Source of the DNA: Lachnospiraceae bacterium UBA3386 | GTDB taxonomy: Bacteria > Bacillota > Clostridia > Lachnospirales > Lachnospiraceae | Direction of reading: 5' to 3' | Length of the DNA: 55,321 nucleotides | Assembly (NCBI GenBank): GCA_002358875.1 | Contig: DEPS01000076.1 | Location: 2,486-57,806 of the forward strand | Part shown: positions 36,036 through 44,795 of the stretch, in pieces | Layout: the number at the start of each line of letters is the position of its first letter | Position numbering within the stretch: the first letter of the stretch is position 1 | Notes under the pieces: model-generated | Told to the model about the DNA's origin: nothing | Databases searched by the model: none | The model's input: only the letters and a program-made list of their open reading frames with translations | Made by a program: the position numbers and the translations under genes

Positions 36036-37590
36036 TGAAAATGGAATGATCAGAGAACGCAGGATCAGCCTTACGGACTTTTTGTGGCAGATGCTGGAAC
36101 AGTGGCGCGCGATCCTTGCTCTGGGGCTTGTGATCGGGCTTTTATTCCCGTCCGTCCTTTATGTCCTGGAGATGAAGAACTACCGGGAAAAAACGAGCAC
36201 TCAGGATGAGTCTGAAGACGCCGCGGTAAGGCAGCTGACGCAGGACGATCTCAATTTGCTCAAGACCCTGACTTTTTATTCACTGTGGGAGAGCAAGAGA
36301 GAGTACTATGAAAATTCCTACCTCATGAATGTCGACGGGACAAATGAGAGAAGGCTTGCCATACAGTATTATCTGAAAGCGGATGATCCCCGGACTACGG
36401 ACATATTCTCCATTGCAAATTATTATTCGGGACTGAACTCGGACAATGCATTTATGGAAAAAATGGCCGGTATTATCAAGGTCAGGGATATAAAGTACCT
36501 CAGAGAACTGTTTGTTATTACAGCGTCAAACAGCGAAAAATCTGAGAGCGGCCAGCCCGGCGCCCTGGTCAATGTCGTGGTATTTCTTCCTGACGGGACC
36601 GATTATGAGAAGATCCGGACTGAAGTGACGGAGTATTTTGATTCTCTCAGAAATCTGCTTTCACCTGCTATGGGGGCCTATTCCGTTAATCTTCTGTACT
36701 CTGATGTCATGACTTATAACAACCAGACCAGAATAGACAGCCAGATCGACAGCTTTGTGAAAATGCAGTCAGCGGAGACCAACTATCAGAAAGCATATGA
36801 GGCGCTCAGCGCCCAGGATAAGTCTATTGTTGACGCGCTGGTCGAAAAAGGAAATGTCAGAAAGAAGCTTACAGAGATCCGGACAGGCTTTGGCCAGGAT
36901 GCGCAGTACATTTCGCTGATCGAGAAACAGGCGGAAATGGAGAACGGGGATGGTGCGGAAGAAGACGGCGAGGCCTTCAATCTGGCTGAAGACAGACTGC
37001 TCAAAAAGCCAACTTTCAGGTTCCTCTATGTGATAGTCGGATTTGTACTGAGCGTTTTCCTGTACGGAGGCATTTACTTCTGCTATCTGGTGATCGACGA
37101 TCATCTTAAGGACGAAGAAGACGCCGCCAATCTGACAGGGACCAGATCATATGGTGGTATTTTCCTGTACCCTTATACGACACCCCTTCAGAAATTTATT
37201 CATGATAAAAGGATATATAACAGAAGGCACGGCGTAAAGGGCGGACAGGTGCGATCTGCCGGCCGACTTGCTGACAGGATCGTCTCCAAGGCTGAGCATA
37301 TGGGAACGGATGCGGTCACGATGATCTCTCTTGGAAAATCTTCCGCCGGCATCGACAGGATCCTGGGGCAGCAGGAAAAATACATGCGTGAAGACTGTGG
37401 ACTGCAGGTTCAGCAGATCTCAGCTGCCGGTGGACCGGGCTCCATAAGGGAAGAAGCCTTCAATCATCTTTCCCCTGTCTGCATTGTAGTTCTGTCCGGC
37501 AGGACATCCGTTACAATGCTCACGGAGCTCATCGACCGTCTTCAGGAATACAACGTCCCCGTCCTTGGTTCTATTTTCGTTGAGGCATAA
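36025..37590 (+). CDS. Polysaccharide co-polymerase / chain-length regulator (Wzz/CpsC-like, long form)
   Basis: 'ISLTDFL...LEQWRAIL' then TM, long helical ectodomain, second TM, cytoplasmic tail ending 'VLGSIFV'; SD GGGAGG at 36014. Confidence 0.7.
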   Translation: MMNNENGMIRERRISLTDFLWQMLEQWRAILALGLVIGLLFPSVLYVLEMKNYREKTSTQDESEDAAVRQLTQDDLNLLKTLTFYSLWESKREYYENSYLMNVDGTNERRLAIQYYLKADDPRTTDIFSIANYYSGLNSDNAFMEKMAGIIKVRDIKYLRELFVITASNSEKSESGQPGALVNVVVFLPDGTDYEKIRTEVTEYFDSLRNLLSPAMGAYSVNLLYSDVMTYNNQTRIDSQIDSFVKMQSAETNYQKAYEALSAQDKSIVDALVEKGNVRKKLTEIRTGFGQDAQYISLIEKQAEMENGDGAEEDGEAFNLAEDRLLKKPTFRFLYVIVGFVLSVFLYGGIYFCYLVIDDHLKDEEDAANLTGTRSYGGIFLYPYTTPLQKFIHDKRIYNRRHGVKGGQVRSAGRLADRIVSKAEHMGTDAVTMISLGKSSAGIDRILGQQEKYMREDCGLQVQQISAAGGPGSIREEAFNHLSPVCIVVLSGRTSVTMLTELIDRLQEYNVPVLGSIFVEA

Positions 37591-37600
37591 GGACAATATA

Positions 37601-39496
37601 ATGAAAGTTTTTGAAAACCTCAGACCATGGCACGTAAGGAGTTCAGTCCTTCTGGCAGGCCTGTTTACCGTCATTTCCAGCTCGTACGCGGCTCTTTCGG
37701 GAGATACCGGGAGCCGCGTGGCCGCAATGATCCGTACAGGCCTGTTTTTTGCGGCCTATACAGCCTTTCTCATTTTTATTTTCCGGATATCCGATTATCT
37801 TTCCCTCAAAGCGGGACCGGTGCCGGTTAAGCGCGTGCCTGGAAAAACACCCGGCAGTCCGGATTCACCGGACGGCACAGACCCGGGCAGAATAAATGTA
37901 AATACTGATCTGTTTGGGCTGAAGGAAAAGAAACCGCTGTCCGGGTTTTTCTTTTCCTTCTTTACAATACTCTTTTTCTGGGGCGTCTATTACCTGATGT
38001 GTTTTCCCGGCAATATTGAATGGGATACAGGGACCATGATCCTGTATTCTCTGGGTGTCAACCGGACAAATACCAATAATCCATATTTTCAGACTGCCCT
38101 GTTTGGAAGCGTATATCGTCTTGGAAAGCTTATGGGAGACCCGAAGATCGGAATCGGTATCTACTGCTTTGTACAGTTTATATCCTGTATAGCGGTTCTT
38201 TCCTGCCTGCTTTACAGGATCGGAGAAAAGTCCGGTAAAGCCAGGCTTATTCTGACGCTCCTGTACAGTCTTGTACCGGCATTTCCTGTTTACGCAATGA
38301 CTATGGGAAAGGATTCCAATTTTTCTATCGTGATCCTTGCCTGTACAGCGCTTTTCATCGAGATGGTCACAGACCCCGACCTGTTTTTCGGGCATAAAAA
38401 AAAGACTGTCCTTCTGGGAACGGTCATTCTTCTGATCGGACTGATGCGGAATATGGCGGTTTTTGTCCCTGTGACCGCCGTGATCCTGTTCGCCGTGTCT
38501 GTGTACAGAAAAAAGGAGACGGAAGGTTTAACAGTCCTGCCTGATGGAAAAGCTGTGAAACCGCATTTGCGCCGCTCTCGCGGCCAAAATTGCCTGACCC
38601 CCTTGATGCCGCACCGGCCTGCGTCAGGGGTTATAAGGTTTGCCGCGATCCTTTGCGCGGCATCCATTTTTGTGTGCATCCTTTTCCCGAGGCTTCTGGG
38701 CATCCCCGGCAGCAATCTGAGGGAAGCCCTTTCCGTGCCCATCCAGCAGACAGGCTATTATATGAAGGAATATGCCGATGAAGTCACGAAAGGAGAATAC
38801 AAAAAGATCACAGGGATCGTTCCTTACAAATATATTGAAAAATATGATCCCTCTATATCGGACCCCATAAAAACCGGCTTTAAAAGGAAACCGACCTCAA
38901 AGCAGCTTATAAATTATTTCAGGGCCTGGCTTTCCCAGTTCAGAAAACATCCCCTGGCCTACGGGCGGGCCTGGTATCTTCTTACCTACGGATACTATAC
39001 ACCCTACGCGGATCTGAGCAATGTGAAGCGCCATACCTTTATAGGATTCAAGGTTAAAACCGAGGTCTATGATAATTCGGAGCTGACCCCCAACACAAAC
39101 GAATATCTGCGCCTGGCACGAAAGCTCGATCTGATCTCCCTGCGCGTGCCGGTCTATAACGTCTTTACCAAGATCGGCATCTACACATGGATCCTTCTGG
39201 TCGGAATTGCCATCCTTATTCAGAAAAAACAGTATGCCTGGTTCATCTGCTTTTCGCCGGCTGTCATGGTCATCGCGGGATGCCTCTTTTCACCTGTCAA
39301 CGGCTATTACCGCTACGCCCTTCCAATGATCCTGTGCGCCCCCGTTTTGTTTGTAAATGCCCTGTTTCTGGAGAAAAAGCCGGAACCAGCCGGGACCAAA
39401 AAGCGCAGCCGGGAGCCTGCCTCAGGCAGAGGCATCAGAGCTCTCTCTCATAAGGATCCCGAGAGCAGGCCAGAAGATAAACGTGGTCGGAAATAG
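37601..39496 (+). CDS. DUF6020-like polytopic membrane protein (probable GT-C fold)
   Basis: FPG...WD, KDS.FS, RN, REALSVPIQQ, YDP.ISDPIK, SPVNGYYRY; start moved to ATG 37601. Confidence 0.65.
   Translation: MKVFENLRPWHVRSSVLLAGLFTVISSSYAALSGDTGSRVAAMIRTGLFFAAYTAFLIFIFRISDYLSLKAGPVPVKRVPGKTPGSPDSPDGTDPGRINVNTDLFGLKEKKPLSGFFFSFFTILFFWGVYYLMCFPGNIEWDTGTMILYSLGVNRTNTNNPYFQTALFGSVYRLGKLMGDPKIGIGIYCFVQFISCIAVLSCLLYRIGEKSGKARLILTLLYSLVPAFPVYAMTMGKDSNFSIVILACTALFIEMVTDPDLFFGHKKKTVLLGTVILLIGLMRNMAVFVPVTAVILFAVSVYRKKETEGLTVLPDGKAVKPHLRRSRGQNCLTPLMPHRPASGVIRFAAILCAASIFVCILFPRLLGIPGSNLREALSVPIQQTGYYMKEYADEVTKGEYKKITGIVPYKYIEKYDPSISDPIKTGFKRKPTSKQLINYFRAWLSQFRKHPLAYGRAWYLLTYGYYTPYADLSNVKRHTFIGFKVKTEVYDNSELTPNTNEYLRLARKLDLISLRVPVYNVFTKIGIYTWILLVGIAILIQKKQYAWFICFSPAVMVIAGCLFSPVNGYYRYALPMILCAPVLFVNALFLEKKPEPAGTKKRSREPASGRGIRALSHKDPESRPEDKRGRK
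38525..38636 (+). repeat. Palindromic repeat copy inside a coding sequence
   Basis: GGTTTAACAGTCCTGCC-TGAT-GGAAAAGCTGTGAAACC-GCATTTG aligns without gaps to 29253-29297; ends GGGGTTATAA. Confidence 0.8.
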
Positions 39497-41200
39497 ACAG
39501 AAAAACACCTCTCTGTCAAAGACCGCGCAGAAGGCTCCGGTCATGACAATTAAAAAGGAAAATATGAATTCCGCTGACAAAAGCTCTGTCTTCCACAGCT
39601 TAACCAGGACCTGACGTACTGTGGAAAAGATGAAGGCCAGCATAAACAAAACCCCGATAATTCCCGAACTGACGAAGACCATCAGATAGCCGTTATGGGG
39701 ATGGTAGATATATCCCCGTTTATATGCGGCGGGAAGGTATGTTTTGATTTTCGTACAGATAAACATTTCAGAGTGATGTTCCTGGATGTATTTGGAATAG
39801 TTGCCCGGAGACAGCCCGAACAGCCCGATCTCTTTGTAAAGACTAAGATATTCCATCCATATTTTATTGCGGTCATTCATCAGATTTTCGTTAAGATCTG
39901 TCCGGTGTATCTGGACAGAATCAGATTCTGATGATGTGTTTTCCCGTATACTGATCGTTTTGGTCTCATATATCTGTCCGGATTCGGCTTTAGTTTTGTG
40001 TTGGAAAGAGACAGGCGCCGCGTTTAACCTGCGTGGGGCAGAAAGATCAATTGACAAAAGGGCCTGTGTGTCAGGTGAAAGGGATTCTGTGATATCGTCA
40101 GCTCTTTCGGATGTAGAAAGGACCGGCGTTGTTTGAGCCTGTGTGTCGGGGGCAAAATGCATCGGAAGCTGGGAGACAGCCGTTTGTGTCAGGACAAAGG
40201 CCAGGTGAAAAAAAACAAGTGCGATAACACTGTATAAAAGAGAGTGTCTTAAGGATCCTTTTGCCTTTGTACCGTGCTGTATGCAGTACAGACGACGGGC
40301 CAGAAGGAAAACTCCGGTAAAGACACAAAGATAAAAAGGAAATGACGCATTCCTGGTTTCACTTGCAACAATATAGGCAAAAATCGGGATATTAACCGCC
40401 GTTAAGAAAATACGGACGCCTCTTTTATGCGAAGTGAGAAAAAAGTAAAGTCCGATGAGAATCAGCATAACGCCGGGAACAGATCCGGTCTCGGGATAGG
40501 TAAATACTCCGTACAGGCGATGATTGTAAAAACCTCTTCCGGAGAGAAGAAGCGAGGAAGCATAATTGGGACCCTTTTTCCCGATCAAAAGGGAATACTG
40601 TATGAGCGACAGGATGCTCCCTGAACACCATAGAACAGCGGCGATGATATATGTGATCTTAACAGTTTTCCTCAGAAATTTTTTGCTTGAATATAAAAAT
40701 GCGGAATAAAACAGTCCTGCATGAATAAACATCCACAGGATACTGTCCGCGTTGGCGGCAAAGCCGTACTTTGAGTGAATGAAAGAGGCGATCAGGGCAG
40801 ACACACAGATACCGTAGAGAAGAAAACGGTTTCCGCTTCTGATCACATTTCGGTTCCACCCCTGTTCATGCTTTGAAAATGACATGCCGGGTGTATTTTT
40901 AAAGCAGCACATGCTGCCGCCTCTGCTTTTGCAATACAAATTTAAAGCAAGATCAACAAGAAGAAGCAGCGTTCCCGCATGTCTGAGCCAGTCTCTGAAG
41001 CTTTGGAAATTTCCTGAGCCAAAAAAATCTGTAACAGGTACAACGGTGCTCAGGAGTATAAAAATAATACATATGGCAGTATAAACGACCAGGATTTCAG
41101 GCAGAAAACTGCTGAGGACGATAAGAAATTTGGAATCAGACAGCGCTGTAGTATTATTGCGATTCCAGCCTGAAAGCGGTTTTTGACTGTTTTTTTTCAT
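39422..41200 (-). CDS. O-antigen ligase family (Wzy_C) membrane protein
   Basis: RLYGVF..P, SETR, NDRNKIW, LFG...G, HPHNGYL...SSGIIG; start set to ATG 41200 given promoter position. Confidence 0.8.
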   Translation of the reverse strand: MKKNSQKPLSGWNRNNTTALSDSKFLIVLSSFLPEILVVYTAICIIFILLSTVVPVTDFFGSGNFQSFRDWLRHAGTLLLLVDLALNLYCKSRGGSMCCFKNTPGMSFSKHEQGWNRNVIRSGNRFLLYGICVSALIASFIHSKYGFAANADSILWMFIHAGLFYSAFLYSSKKFLRKTVKITYIIAAVLWCSGSILSLIQYSLLIGKKGPNYASSLLLSGRGFYNHRLYGVFTYPETGSVPGVMLILIGLYFFLTSHKRGVRIFLTAVNIPIFAYIVASETRNASFPFYLCVFTGVFLLARRLYCIQHGTKAKGSLRHSLLYSVIALVFFHLAFVLTQTAVSQLPMHFAPDTQAQTTPVLSTSERADDITESLSPDTQALLSIDLSAPRRLNAAPVSFQHKTKAESGQIYETKTISIRENTSSESDSVQIHRTDLNENLMNDRNKIWMEYLSLYKEIGLFGLSPGNYSKYIQEHHSEMFICTKIKTYLPAAYKRGYIYHPHNGYLMVFVSSGIIGVLFMLAFIFSTVRQVLVKLWKTELLSAEFIFSFLIVMTGAFCAVFDREVFFCLFPTTFIFWPALGILMRESSDASA

Positions 41201-41251
41201 ATTAATAAAGTCTCTCTTTGCCGGGGTTAGAATAATGTTCAAAACAATTAT

Positions 41252-41280
41252 ATAATATAATAATGAACAAAGGAATTCAA
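41252..41280 (-). promoter_or_regulatory. Sigma-A promoter for antisense ligase-like gene 2
   Basis: Minus strand TTGAAT-N17-TATTAT. Confidence 0.6.
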
Positions 41281-41321
41281 CAAAGACGGACGGTGTGCGA
41301 AGGGGGCAATTTTTGTTGCAG

Positions 41322-41349
41322 TTGCTTTTTGTTCTGTTTATGTTATTAT
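41322..41349 (+). promoter_or_regulatory. Putative sigma-A promoter of block C
   Basis: TTGCTT-N16-TATTAT with TG extension (TGTTATTAT). Confidence 0.55.
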
Positions 41350-41374
41350 TGTGTGTGAAAAATTATAAAAATGG

Positions 41375-41403
41375 CAAGAACCTGGATCGGCTCCGGGTTT
41401 TTG
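41375..41403 (+). terminator. Leader hairpin, terminator-like
   Basis: CAAGAACCTGGA-TCGGC-TCCGGGTTTTTG, between the putative promoter and the first gene. Confidence 0.5.
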
Positions 41404-41446
41404 AGGGATGGTACCATTTTTGTCAATCACAAGATGGAGAGTGGAA

Positions 41447-42838
41447 ATGACCAACAATGACTGGAATCACACGATGAACAAAGATAATACAAGGCACAGG
41501 CTGTGGCTCAGAACTGTGAAACTGGTCAATGCCATCCTGATCACGAGTCCATTCTGGGTCTGCTGGAATCTGTATTATAAAGCCCGGATTTTCCGGCCCT
41601 TTTTTGCAAAAGGGGACATGCTCGTTGTCGCCATGTTTCTGATCCTGTATATCATGTTCGGAAGGATATATTCCGCTTTTACAATCTCTCTTCAACGTAT
41701 CTCCGAAATCTTCTACAGCCAGACACTTGCCGTTTTTTTTACCAATTCCATTATGTATGTTGTGACCTGGCTTCTGACCAGGCATCTTCCAAATCCGCTT
41801 CCGATTCTAGCGGCTATGGCAGCGGAGATTCTGTTTTCCGCCATCTGGTCTTTTGCTGTGCATCGTATCTATTTTAATATGCATAAGCCGGCTAATACAG
41901 TGGTTGTGTGGGATATGGAGAAAGGAATTGAGAATCTGTTTGAAGAGTATTCCCTGAACAGGCGATTCAAAATTTCCGCGTCATTCAATGTCTGGGATGT
42001 CTTTAAAAGCATGGATACGTGTCTCGCTGATGCCGAGGCCGTCTTTTTATGCGGTATACACAGTCACGAAAGAAACAAGATCGTCAAATACTGTGTTATG
42101 AAAAACATCCGGGTCTATCTGATGCCGAGGGTCGGGGATCTTTTGATGATGGGAGCAGTGCCCGTCCACTTGTTCCACCTTCCCTTCCTCATGGTTGAGC
42201 GTTATAATCCCACGCCCGAGTACCTTTTTATTAAACGGGCATTCGATATTCTGGTTTCGGGAACCGCGCTCATTATCCTTTCCCCGCTTATGCTGATCGT
42301 TTCCCTTCTGATCAAGCGTGACGGGGGAACTGCCTTCTACCGCCAGAAGCGCCTGACCAGAAACGGAAAGGAATTCTATGTCCTGAAGTTTCGAAGCATG
42401 CGAATGGATGCGGAAAAGGACGGCGTTGCCCGCCTGTCAAGCGGTGAGAATGATGACCGGATCACGCCCATCGGCCGCATTATCCGTTCCTGCAGAATTG
42501 ATGAGCTCCCCCAGCTGATCAATATCCTGAAGGGAGAGATGAGTATTGTCGGTCCCCGGCCTGAACGTCCGGAAATCGCTGCACAATATGAGGAGGAGCT
42601 TCCGGAATTTGCACTGCGCCTGCAGGCAAAAGCCGGCCTCACCGGATACGCCCAGGTTTACGGAAAATACAATACCACGCCCCGGGATAAGCTTCTCATG
42701 GATCTTCAGTATATCGCTAATCCCAGTCTTGCGGAGGATATGAAGATCATCTTTGCGACGGTGAAAATACTATTCCTGCCCGAGAGCACTGAGGGGGTGC
42801 AGGAAGGGCAGATCACCGCAAGTCAGAAAAAGATATGA
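41447..42838 (+). CDS. Priming polyprenyl-phosphate hexose-1-phosphate transferase (WbaP/CpsE/EpsE-like)
   Basis: Four N-terminal TMs, then KRAFD, KFRSM, DDRIT, IDELPQ, VGPRPER, GLTGYAQV; start 41447 (SD GGAG) preferred over 41408. Confidence 0.93.
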   Translation: MTNNDWNHTMNKDNTRHRLWLRTVKLVNAILITSPFWVCWNLYYKARIFRPFFAKGDMLVVAMFLILYIMFGRIYSAFTISLQRISEIFYSQTLAVFFTNSIMYVVTWLLTRHLPNPLPILAAMAAEILFSAIWSFAVHRIYFNMHKPANTVVVWDMEKGIENLFEEYSLNRRFKISASFNVWDVFKSMDTCLADAEAVFLCGIHSHERNKIVKYCVMKNIRVYLMPRVGDLLMMGAVPVHLFHLPFLMVERYNPTPEYLFIKRAFDILVSGTALIILSPLMLIVSLLIKRDGGTAFYRQKRLTRNGKEFYVLKFRSMRMDAEKDGVARLSSGENDDRITPIGRIIRSCRIDELPQLINILKGEMSIVGPRPERPEIAAQYEEELPEFALRLQAKAGLTGYAQVYGKYNTTPRDKLLMDLQYIANPSLAEDMKIIFATVKILFLPESTEGVQEGQITASQKKI

Positions 42839-42876
42839 GGGGTTTTAATACAGGACTTGAATAAAGTGAGGATATA

Positions 42877-43632
42877 ATGAATTCAGAGAAAGTGTCTATT
42901 ATTACACCCTGCTATAACGGGGCAAAATATATTAGTGAGACTATTGATTCTGTGCTTTCACAGACATACACGGATTGGGAGATGATAATTGTTGATGACG
43001 GTTCAAAAGATAATTCTGCCGATATTATCCGTAATTATGCGGAAAAGGACGACAGGATAAAGCTGGTTCAGCAAGAGAATGCCGGATCAGCAGCTGCCAG
43101 AAATAATGGTATCAGAAGGGCTGAAGGCAGATATATCGCGCTTCTGGATGCAGATGATGTTTGGCTGCCTTCTTTTCTTGAGAAGCAGATAGAGTATTTG
43201 AAAAATCATGGTGCAGTATGTGTGGCATGTGCATATGATCATATTGATGATCAATCCCGTCCGATTCTGCACACAACACCTGTAAAGAAAATCATAACAA
43301 TAGGCGATATGAAGGTCATGAACCAGATAGGCTGCCTGACAGGGTTGTATGACAGTAAAAAACATGGAAAGATCTATTTACATGAGGAACTGAAAAGCCT
43401 CAGAGATGATTATGCCTACTGGTATGATATCGTAGCACTTGAGGGAAAGGCTTACGGCAATCCTGAAGTTCTGGCGAAATACAGAGTATTAAAGAGCAGT
43501 ACAACCGGAAATAAAAAGAACCTGATAAAAAAACAGTACAGGTTTTACAGATCCTATTTAAAGGAAAACCCATTGGAAGCATGTGTAAATGTTATTCGAT
43601 GGGGATTTGCGGGTATTAGAAAATTCTCTTAA
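42877..43632 (+). CDS. GT2 glycosyltransferase (TuaG-like)
   Basis: SIITPCYN, DDGSKD, ARN.GI, LDADD.W, IGCLT, DDY. Confidence 0.92.
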   Translation: MNSEKVSIITPCYNGAKYISETIDSVLSQTYTDWEMIIVDDGSKDNSADIIRNYAEKDDRIKLVQQENAGSAAARNNGIRRAEGRYIALLDADDVWLPSFLEKQIEYLKNHGAVCVACAYDHIDDQSRPILHTTPVKKIITIGDMKVMNQIGCLTGLYDSKKHGKIYLHEELKSLRDDYAYWYDIVALEGKAYGNPEVLAKYRVLKSSTTGNKKNLIKKQYRFYRSYLKENPLEACVNVIRWGFAGIRKFS

Positions 43633-43712
43633 ATATAAGATTGCGTAAAGACTGCAGGGGCACGTTATTAATATTTTTACTTATATAACGCTCTTATGAA
43701 GGAATAATCAAG

Positions 43713-44795
43713 ATGCGAAAAAAAATTTTGCAGATTTCAACCGGAGTATTCCAGTATGACGGGTTATCGAAGGTAATATTATCGCTTATTGACAATTGTC
43801 GGAGTGAAGATGCTGACAATTACGTTCTGCTTGGTAAGGGAGCAATACCTGAATACTATTTACAATTAAAACAAAGAAATGTTACATATTTTGAAGGGCC
43901 TGACCGTGAGCTGGATGTACGAAATTATTCGGTCTTTTTATTTAAATTGTTAAAGAAGCATCATTTTGATGTGGTCCATGTCCATGGGAACAGTGCGACT
44001 ATGGCGCTTGACCTGTTTATTGCAAAGATTTGCAGAGTCCCTGTACGTATTGCGCATAGTCATAATACATTTTCAAAACATCCTTTTATCCATAACGCAT
44101 TAAAGCCTTTACTGGGCATCGTAGTGACCCAGCCCGTTGCCTGCGGAACGGATGCCGGAAAGTTTTTGTTCAACAAACCGTTTGTTATAATCCCAAATTG
44201 TATTGATGTATCTAAATTTGAATATAATGAGCAGATGAGAAAAGTATGGAGAGAGAAACTTCATCTGAACGGAAAATTTGTAGTCGGACATGTAGGAAGA
44301 TTCACATATCAGAAAAATCACAAATTGCTGATTAATATTTTTGCAGAAATATACAAGCACTGTCAGGATTCAGCGCTATTATTGATTGGTGAAGGAGAGC
44401 TGATGCAGGAGGTAAAAGAACAGGTAAAATCCCTGGGCATCGAATCGTCGGTGATTTTTTACGGTTCTGCGGATAATGTCGGTGAACTGATGCAGGCAAT
44501 GGATGTTTTTGTTCTTCCTTCGGTTTATGAGGGACTTTGTATTGTTGCTATAGAAGCGCAGGCTGCCGGAATCCCAACCTTTTTAGCAAATACAGTATCA
44601 AAAGAATCCAAGAAAGTAGAGGTTTGTCATTATGTAAATATAAACGCAGCCCCTGAAGCCTGGTGGAAAAAAATTTCGAGATACAGGAATTGGGATACAG
44701 ATCAAAGGCAAAATGGCAGTCAGAAGATCAGGGATGCTGGATATGATATCAAAGAACTGCCTGGTGTGATTAATAAAGTATGGAATTTGGGATGA
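43713..44795 (+). CDS. GT4 glycosyltransferase (EpsF/CapH-like)
   Basis: VHVH, RIAHSHN, GHVGRF..QKNH, PSVYEGL...IEAQAAG. Confidence 0.92.
   Translation: MRKKILQISTGVFQYDGLSKVILSLIDNCRSEDADNYVLLGKGAIPEYYLQLKQRNVTYFEGPDRELDVRNYSVFLFKLLKKHHFDVVHVHGNSATMALDLFIAKICRVPVRIAHSHNTFSKHPFIHNALKPLLGIVVTQPVACGTDAGKFLFNKPFVIIPNCIDVSKFEYNEQMRKVWREKLHLNGKFVVGHVGRFTYQKNHKLLINIFAEIYKHCQDSALLLIGEGELMQEVKEQVKSLGIESSVIFYGSADNVGELMQAMDVFVLPSVYEGLCIVAIEAQAAGIPTFLANTVSKESKKVEVCHYVNINAAPEAWWKKISRYRNWDTDQRQNGSQKIRDAGYDIKELPGVINKVWNLG

Noticed and set aside
6481..38636. Repeats as a CRISPR array
   Set aside because: Copies are kilobases apart, degenerate and lack regular spacers; no cas genes seen
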